Positions 58,173 to 64,000 of a stretch of DNA of 64,000 nucleotides are shown here, piece after piece. The stretch covers positions 292,849 through 356,848 of the forward strand of contig CAZWXQ010000001.1 of assembly GCA_964637955.1 (NCBI GenBank), written 5' to 3'. The notes beneath the pieces were generated by a model. The model searched no databases and was not told the DNA's origin. It worked only from the letters and a program-made list of their open reading frames with translations. Source of the stretch: an uncultured Gammaproteobacteria bacterium (GTDB lineage Bacteria > Patescibacteriota > Microgenomatia > Levybacterales > UBA12049). Made by a program: the position numbers and the translations under genes. Position 1 is the stretch's first letter, and every line of letters begins with the position of its first letter.

Positions 58173-58990
58173 AAAAAGAAATTTCTAAAAAACCAAGCGG
58201 AATTTTCTTCGTAGATGGAGCTAGGGCATTTTACTTTGAGCAAAGTTTAAGTGCTCCAATTCCGCTTGAGATTACACTAGATATTTTTAATGATCTAGAG
58301 CTAATTAATAGGAAAAAGCTGGAAACATTAATTAAAAATTTTATAATTTCCCAAAAGCTTGGGCCTAAGAATATAATCCTTCTTCTATCAGCACAGTTAA
58401 CTTTTGACAAGGATTTTCCTCGTGGATCAATTGAGGTTGAGAAAAATATAGAAGAATTTCTAGAGCTTGTTCCTTTCGAGCAAGTAATTAGCAAAAAAGC
58501 TTTATTTGCAGGGAGAACTAAAGTAATCGCTGCGAATAAGGAATTTTGTGACGCAATAAAAGCTACGTTTATAAATTCAGGTTTTATAGTAAGTGGGATT
58601 TATCCGCTGTCTCTTTGTCTTGAGCTTGCTCCAGAACTTCAATCAAGTATGGATTTAAATTTGGTCATTAATAAGGTTCCTGACTTAAAAGATTTTAATC
58701 TTATGCCAACGCCTGAAATGGCAATAAATTCTCCAGATAAAGAAAAGCCTGACAAAATTAGACTTTACTTAATGATTGGGTTAATGTTAATTCTTGGTAT
58801 AGTTATGGTATTTCTTTTATACAGAAATATTTTGGCCCCCGAAAAATCCAAGAAATCAAATATTCTTCCGACAGTAATGCCAGTAGTTGAAAAAATTGAA
58901 AAAGAAATTCCTGCGACATCATCAGCGGATTTTGAATCTTCAGAATCTGCAGAGCTTTCTGTTACAAAAATTCCAACACAAATTCGCTAA
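58154..58990 (+). CDS. Pilus-locus protein with a C-proximal TM (possibly degenerate PilM/PilN-like)
   Basis: Located within the pil operon; VPFE motif; one TM near aa 203-223. Confidence 0.55.
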   Translation: MERDKLKKEISKKPSGIFFVDGARAFYFEQSLSAPIPLEITLDIFNDLELINRKKLETLIKNFIISQKLGPKNIILLLSAQLTFDKDFPRGSIEVEKNIEEFLELVPFEQVISKKALFAGRTKVIAANKEFCDAIKATFINSGFIVSGIYPLSLCLELAPELQSSMDLNLVINKVPDLKDFNLMPTPEMAINSPDKEKPDKIRLYLMIGLMLILGIVMVFLLYRNILAPEKSKKSNILPTVMPVVEKIEKEIPATSSADFESSESAELSVTKIPTQIR

Positions 58991-59059
58991 ATTGCTCCAA
59001 TTTAGCTTCAAAATTACCCCTTGACAATTAGTTTAAGTCATGGCAATAATAGATTATAA

Positions 59060-59536
59060 ATGAAAAACATAAGTGCAAATAATTCAAAAAGAGGTTTCAC
59101 ATTAATAGAGCTTTTAGTAGTAATTGGTATTCTCGCTATTCTTCTTTCAATTGTTCTTATTGCTATTAATCCAGCAAGACAATTTGGACAAGCAAATGAT
59201 ACAAAAAGAACAAGTGCAGTAACGCAAATCCTTAATGCAATCGGTGCATATCAAGCAAGTAACAAGGGAAATCTACCTGCAGAGGTATCAGGTTTAACAG
59301 TTGGCACACCGGAATTACTTAATGATACTAATTTTCCAAATCTTTGTGCAGAATTAGTTCCAGATTATATCCCAGCTCTTCCTACAGATCCATCACTTAA
59401 CACTCCTGATATCGAATTGGCTGATTGCGGAGCATACAATACTGGATACACGATTACATTAAAAGCAAACAATAGAGTTACTATTACAGCTCCTCAAACA
59501 GAAGTAGCAGCAACTCCAATCGAGATCACAAGATAA
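59060..59536 (+). CDS. Major type IV pilin
   Basis: RG|FTLIELLVVIGILAIL..AINP..Q...A.D..R; LP.DP; Cys pair; own TTGACA promoter at 59021. Confidence 0.9.
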   Translation: MKNISANNSKRGFTLIELLVVIGILAILLSIVLIAINPARQFGQANDTKRTSAVTQILNAIGAYQASNKGNLPAEVSGLTVGTPELLNDTNFPNLCAELVPDYIPALPTDPSLNTPDIELADCGAYNTGYTITLKANNRVTITAPQTEVAATPIEITR

Positions 59537-59568
59537 CTTGTAAAATCTTCAGAATTTAAGCATCATTT

Positions 59569-60627
59569 TTAATCACTTATATTAAAATAGTGAATTGGTA
59601 TATCAAGGAAAGGATTGAAAGCAATAATAAATCTGTCAGGAGTTAATCCCAACTGTGATTTAAGATTTTTAAAGTAAGCAACTTGTGTCTCAATCATTGC
59701 AAGATCAACAGAGCTGATGTCTGAATTCCTAATTATTTCGGGTACAGAAACACCAATCATTCCACTTTCCATTCTGCTTGTCTGATCATGGACAGCTAAT
59801 ATCATTTCTTCTATTACCGGAAGTCTATCTTTTCCTTTAGGCATGCCTGTTTTAACTAAAGTTTCTGCATGGGCGGTCATTATTTGTTCTTCGTGTTCTG
59901 TCTCAGCTGTTGAGCTTGGAATTTCCAAAAAATCCATTCGAGAAACTTTTTCTCTAATAATTAATCCCGCTTGAGTTTGATCCATTTCTTCATCTCCGGT
60001 TACTAGAAGTTTATTTTCTCTAAGAAATTCAATAAGATTTTCATTTCGTATTAAAAAAATTCCATCACTTGACTTTTCCATTATTTTTTTTCTGATTTCT
60101 AAGGCTTTTTTTTCAATTCGAGGGTCTGCTACTAGAGCTATATAGAAAGTATCTACTTTATGTTCAGGATTCTCAGCTCTTAGCCTTAAGGTGCTTAGTC
60201 CTCTATCGGTTACTCCTACTCCAACATTTTCTGCAATTAATACTTTTCCTTCAGGAAGTTTCGCCAATCTTTTTTCGATCATATCATGATAATGATAAGA
60301 GAAAGGAATAGACCATTCTGTATCCCAGTATGATCTTGGTCCTATGTCATATTTTTCTTGTGTATCGACCAGAGCATCATCAAAAAATATGGTATCTGCA
60401 GATTTTTGGCCATTAGTTAGAGAAGGAAGTGCAGCGCCAAATTGAGTTACAACAGTAGTTTTGCCACCCCTGGGTGGGCCAAATATCTCTATCAATTCAA
60501 TTTCATTTTCACTAATTTCAAATATGATTCTCTCTAATATACTTTTACCATTACCTTCAACTATGTTTCTTAAAATTTCCGTAGCGGGTTCAGGCGGTGG
60601 AAGCGGTTCTGTAAAAATTTCATGCAT
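59569..60627 (-). CDS. Hypothetical P-loop-containing protein
   Basis: IEIFGPPRGGKTT. Confidence 0.6.
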   Translation of the reverse strand: MHEIFTEPLPPPEPATEILRNIVEGNGKSILERIIFEISENEIELIEIFGPPRGGKTTVVTQFGAALPSLTNGQKSADTIFFDDALVDTQEKYDIGPRSYWDTEWSIPFSYHYHDMIEKRLAKLPEGKVLIAENVGVGVTDRGLSTLRLRAENPEHKVDTFYIALVADPRIEKKALEIRKKIMEKSSDGIFLIRNENLIEFLRENKLLVTGDEEMDQTQAGLIIREKVSRMDFLEIPSSTAETEHEEQIMTAHAETLVKTGMPKGKDRLPVIEEMILAVHDQTSRMESGMIGVSVPEIIRNSDISSVDLAMIETQVAYFKNLKSQLGLTPDRFIIAFNPFLDIPIHYFNISD

Positions 60628-61267
60628 ATATTTTAACCTTCTTATTTCGATATCTTAAATATTTAGTAGCATTATTAATATTAATTTCCATTATTTCGCC
60701 ATACTTAGGAGATCTCGAAAAATTTGGGAAGAATTTTGATTGAAAAGCCATTAAAGTTGTTTCATGTGTAATAGCAATTAAATCAGTGAGAGTCGAAACT
60801 TCTTTGGATTCAGAAAATCTATATACAGAGTCAATAACCTCAGCTGGGGTTTGAATTTTATTTTCTTTTAGAATTTCGGGCGATAATTTTATCCAAGTTT
60901 CGAGTGCATTTTGCAGAGGATAACCTAGATCTAAAACTTTATGTATTGAGTCTGCTGTTTGAAAAATTTTTCTTGCACCAGATTTTTGGAAGCTAATTTT
61001 CGATAACTTATTTTGAGTTTTTAATCTTCTTAATTCAGTCTCTAGTCGAATGCCGGACTCCTTAGCTCTTTTTCTACTGCTGTAAAAAATTCTAACAGTG
61101 TGTTCCTCATCGTCAGATATACATTCAATTATTTTGTTCGCGTTTAATAATATCTGAGAGACTCCATTTCTGCTGAGTCTGCTATTGCTGAAGCCGTATG
61201 TGACTGGCTGAGCATGCCTCATTAGGTAAATTCGAAGATACTTTTCAGTTGTGCTTGAACTTTTCAT
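60620..61267 (-). CDS. Histidine phosphatase superfamily protein
   Basis: IYLMRHAQ, LS..G..Q, SSRKRAKES, IAITHE. Confidence 0.8.
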   Translation of the reverse strand: MKSSSTTEKYLRIYLMRHAQPVTYGFSNSRLSRNGVSQILLNANKIIECISDDEEHTVRIFYSSRKRAKESGIRLETELRRLKTQNKLSKISFQKSGARKIFQTADSIHKVLDLGYPLQNALETWIKLSPEILKENKIQTPAEVIDSVYRFSESKEVSTLTDLIAITHETTLMAFQSKFFPNFSRSPKYGEIMEININNATKYLRYRNKKVKIYA

Positions 61268-62418
61268 TTTAGCTTTGGTAATGTAACTGAAACTAAAGTG
61301 CCATGATTTTCTTCGGAAGTAACTGTTATTTTTCCATGATGTTTTATAATTATTTTTTTAATTAAATATAGTCCAAGTCCCATACCTGATTTCGTATGTC
61401 CTTTCCCCTTATAAAATTCATTAAATATATTTGGAATTTCTTCTTTTTTTATGCCAGTTCCATTATCTTCGACTGAAATTTTAATTTTTCCTTCTTGTTC
61501 ACTTAAACTAACTTGGATTAGTTTTTCCCAAACATTATGCTTTGCAGCATTATCTAGGAGATTAATTATTACTTGCATTAGCTTATTCGGGTCTCCAATT
61601 AATTTAATAACATTTAGCCCTGTTTTATTTTTAAATTGTACTTTTGATTTTTTATGACTTACCTTGAATGACTGTAATGATTTTTCTATAATCTCAACGA
61701 TATTTAATTCCTCAAACTCGAATTTAAAGTTGCCAGTTTTTATTTGGCTAAGTAATAAAAGTTCATCGATTAATTTTGTTAGTCGGGTCATTTCGTAAAG
61801 CAAGTTATTTATCCACTCGATATCAAATTCTTCTCCTTTTTTAACTTTATTTTTTAGGAGTTGAGTATAAATGTACATTGTCGTTATTGGAGTTTTGAGT
61901 TCGTGTGAGGCCATTGAAATAAATAAATCTCTTGTATTTAGCGCGTTTTCGACTTCATGATAAAGTTGTGCTTTTCTAATTGCTAGAGATGCGAAAGGAG
62001 TAATGAAATTTAATATTTCCTGATCGCTTTTAGTGAATCTTTTCTTTTTTGTATGCACAGAAATTACGCCAATTGATTTGCCTCTATTTATTAAAGGTGC
62101 CATAAGATCATATTTTGTTTCAGTATCTCCAATTTCTGGATGAATCTTATATATTTCTGAAAAGTTAAGGATTAGAGGCTTTTGAGTTTTAAAAACAGTA
62201 TAAGTGTAACCATCTTTTCGAGGACTGATAGTATTTAGATGATGGGACGTAGAGTAAACCCTTTTTAGTTGATTTTTTTCTGCCATGAATATCGACGCAT
62301 CAGTACCGTTCAATAGTAAAATTACCTCCTTAGCGATCTCTTTATAGGTAGAGTCTAGATTTAACGGTGTAAGGAACTTTAGTGTTGATTTATAGACTAA
62401 ATCTAAAGATTTTTTCAT
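61264..62418 (-). CDS. Cytoplasmic GAF-domain sensor histidine kinase
   Basis: GAF-like N-terminus; ASHELKTPIT, QVIINLLDNAAK, DNGTGI, F.EFY, GMGLGL. Confidence 0.93.
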   Translation of the reverse strand: MKKSLDLVYKSTLKFLTPLNLDSTYKEIAKEVILLLNGTDASIFMAEKNQLKRVYSTSHHLNTISPRKDGYTYTVFKTQKPLILNFSEIYKIHPEIGDTETKYDLMAPLINRGKSIGVISVHTKKKRFTKSDQEILNFITPFASLAIRKAQLYHEVENALNTRDLFISMASHELKTPITTMYIYTQLLKNKVKKGEEFDIEWINNLLYEMTRLTKLIDELLLLSQIKTGNFKFEFEELNIVEIIEKSLQSFKVSHKKSKVQFKNKTGLNVIKLIGDPNKLMQVIINLLDNAAKHNVWEKLIQVSLSEQEGKIKISVEDNGTGIKKEEIPNIFNEFYKGKGHTKSGMGLGLYLIKKIIIKHHGKITVTSEENHGTLVSVTLPKLK

Positions 62419-62441
62419 TCCGAGATTATAGCATAGGATTT

Positions 62442-62458
62442 GTAAAGATTAGGTATGA
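62442..62458 (-). promoter_or_regulatory. Candidate OmpR/PhoB-type tandem box upstream of the kinase
   Basis: TCATAC-N5-CTTTAC on the minus strand, 11-bp period. Confidence 0.45.
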
Positions 62459-62494
62459 AAAATATCCTATAGCATTTGATTTTTATAGCATTTT

Positions 62495-62680
62495 ATGCTA
62501 AAATACACCCTTATGAACGTGTTAACAGACAGTTTGAGAGCGATAATTTGGTTTAGTTTGTGCATAATTATGGCTGTAAGTATGCTTACATTTGCACTAG
62601 TTTATTCTGGATTTTCATTCGTTTTCAAAAAGCTTGCTTGGAAAGATTTATCCCTACCTTCTCTTAAAATTGCCAGGTAG
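62495..62680 (+). CDS. Small membrane protein
   Basis: ORF of 55-61 aa with one hydrophobic helix; TGCTAAAAT lies 7 nt before an alternative ATG at 62513. Confidence 0.5.
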   Translation: MLKYTLMNVLTDSLRAIIWFSLCIIMAVSMLTFALVYSGFSFVFKKLAWKDLSLPSLKIAR

Positions 62681-62682
62681 CT

Positions 62683-62699
62683 TCATACAAAAATCATAC
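62683..62699 (+). promoter_or_regulatory. Candidate OmpR/PhoB-type tandem box
   Basis: TCATAC-AAAAA-TCATAC. Confidence 0.5.
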
Positions 62700-62743
62700 T
62701 GCATTTTTATTGGCCTTCGATCTAAAAGCTCTATCATTAGATC

Positions 62744-62914
62744 ATGATAAATATAATAAAAGCTTTTAAGGAAATATGGACATATCCTCTCAGTAAGAGT
62801 GAGCAAAAACTTGCTAAAAACAACACAGATTTTGGTAAAAATGAGCTCGTAATTTCGGAATTTTTTAAATCATTTGAGGCCTTTTCTAAGCCTAGAAAGT
62901 ATAGCTTTAAATAA
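62744..62914 (+). CDS. Small hypothetical protein (56 aa; below the ORF-track cutoff)
   Basis: MINIIKAFKEIWTYPLS...RKYSFK*; fills the gap up to the convergent regulator stop. Confidence 0.45.
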   Translation: MINIIKAFKEIWTYPLSKSEQKLAKNNTDFGKNELVISEFFKSFEAFSKPRKYSFK

Positions 62915-62915
62915 C

Positions 62916-63590
62916 TTATTCTCCTTTTAGAATGTAGCCAAATCCTCTTATAGATTTAATTAATTTTGGTTCAAATCCATTATCAATTTTTTTCCTCAAA
63001 TAACCAACATAAATATCTACTGAGCGAGTTTCAATATCTGGAGATGCAGACCAGATTTTGTTTAAAATCATATCGCGGGTTAGAACTTTACCTTTATTTA
63101 TTAATAAATATTCTAGAAGACGAAATTCTGTCGGGCTTAATTCGATTAGATTTTTGCCTCTTTTTACTTCATGTGTTTCCTGATTTAGTTCTAAATCAGC
63201 AATTTTTTTAATTGCATCATTTGAGCTAGTAGCTCTAAGTCTTGCTTTAATTCTTGCCATAAGTTCCTCGAGGGTGAATGGTTTTGTAACATAATCATCA
63301 GCTCCAAGATTTAGTCCTTTAACAATGTCTGCAGTATCATTTCGTGCGCTTAGAATAATTACTTTAAGCTCAGGGTATTTTTTTCTAATTTCAAGACAGA
63401 CGCTTTCACCGCTCATGTTTGGAAGGCCAAGATCTAGAAGGACTAGATCTGGTTGAGAGATGGAAATCATGTTAAGTGCTTTTATGCCATCGGATGCAGT
63501 TTGAATATGAAATCCATTTTCCTCAAGCGACTCTTTCAGATATGCTTGAAGTTCTGTTTCATCTTCAACAATGAGAATTGTGCTCATCAT
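62916..63590 (-). CDS. OmpR/PhoB-family response regulator
   Basis: ILIVEDE, LLDLGLP, GADDYVTKPF, LSPTEFRLL, VDIYVGYLRKKI, IRGFGY. Confidence 0.95.
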   Translation of the reverse strand: MMSTILIVEDETELQAYLKESLEENGFHIQTASDGIKALNMISISQPDLVLLDLGLPNMSGESVCLEIRKKYPELKVIILSARNDTADIVKGLNLGADDYVTKPFTLEELMARIKARLRATSSNDAIKKIADLELNQETHEVKRGKNLIELSPTEFRLLEYLLINKGKVLTRDMILNKIWSASPDIETRSVDIYVGYLRKKIDNGFEPKLIKSIRGFGYILKGE

Positions 63591-63639
63591 TGAGAAATTA
63601 TAACTATTAAGCTAACAAACTGCAAATGAATTTCAATGT

Positions 63640-63656
63640 TCTTACAGCTTTCATAC
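63640..63656 (+). promoter_or_regulatory. Candidate OmpR/PhoB-type tandem box
   Basis: TCTTAC-AGCTT-TCATAC, followed by TGATAAT. Confidence 0.45.
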
Positions 63657-63705
63657 AATTTATTGATAATAGTTTTCAGATCAAAAATTTAAGATAAATG
63701 ATGTT

Positions 63706-64000
63706 ATGACTATTATTGCTTGGGTAATATTTGAAATTATGATGGGTATTATTGCAAATTCACTAGATCCTGATCCAGCATATGGAGGCATACTTGGAGC
63801 AATATTTTTGGGTTTAGCAGGAGCACTCATTGGAGGAATAATAAGCTTAATTTTTAGTAGATCTGGAATTGTTTCTAGTGTAAATTTAACAACACTTCTT
63901 ATTGCTCTGAGTGGTTCTTTTATTGTATTAATGAGGGAGATCTATATGGAAAACTTAAAAAAAGATTCTGATAAATCTACATCTTCATTTTTAAATTTAA
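63706..64000 (+). CDS. GlsB/YeaQ/YmgE-family (transglycosylase-associated) membrane protein, runs off the window
   Basis: MTIIAWVIF...IAN...GGILGAIFLGLAGALIGG...LLIALSGSFIVL; open to the window end. Confidence 0.75.
   Translation, partial: MTIIAWVIFEIMMGIIANSLDPDPAYGGILGAIFLGLAGALIGGIISLIFSRSGIVSSVNLTTLLIALSGSFIVLMREIYMENLKKDSDKSTSSFLNL

Noticed and set aside
1-64000. DGR reverse transcriptase/template repeat, integrase, transposase, prophage, rRNA, introns, alternative genetic code
   Set aside because: No RT, recombinase, transposase or phage structural motifs were recognised in any ORF; no second copy of 7621-7745 was seen; TGA is used as a stop in intact genes.

Overview
AT-rich bacterial chromosomal segment using genetic code 11. 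Gene content and style point to a Patescibacteria/CPR genome, probably Microgenomates; this is inferred from class I LysRS, an archaeal-type CoaD-DUF359 fusion, a reduced RNase P RNA, a type IV pilus locus and mostly leaderless genes. Housekeeping core: polyprenyl synthase/uppS, tRNA-Pro(GGG), recA-recX-rny, hup, ABC-2 exporter, rnpB, UvrD-nuclease, rmuC, tsaD, greA, kbl/tdh, lysS, rdgB, serS, secA, eno, ppsA, a pil cluster and two-component genes. The strongest unexplained signals are: (1) a complete ribosome-dependent attenuator with a Lys-rich leaderless peptide in front of a GNAT / M20 peptidase / LysRS-B3/4 cluster; (2) a 710-aa GNAT+PcfJ-like protein inserted between recX and rny whose last 120 nt look like a DGR variable repeat, with no RT or template repeat in the window; (3) three ~52-nt structured tandem copies of the helicase 3' end; (4) a degenerate ~110-160-nt non-coding repeat punctuating accessory genes after secA; (5) a tRNA-Pro 3'-end duplication flanking a methyltransferase. 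All calls come from reading motifs by eye; no searches were run.
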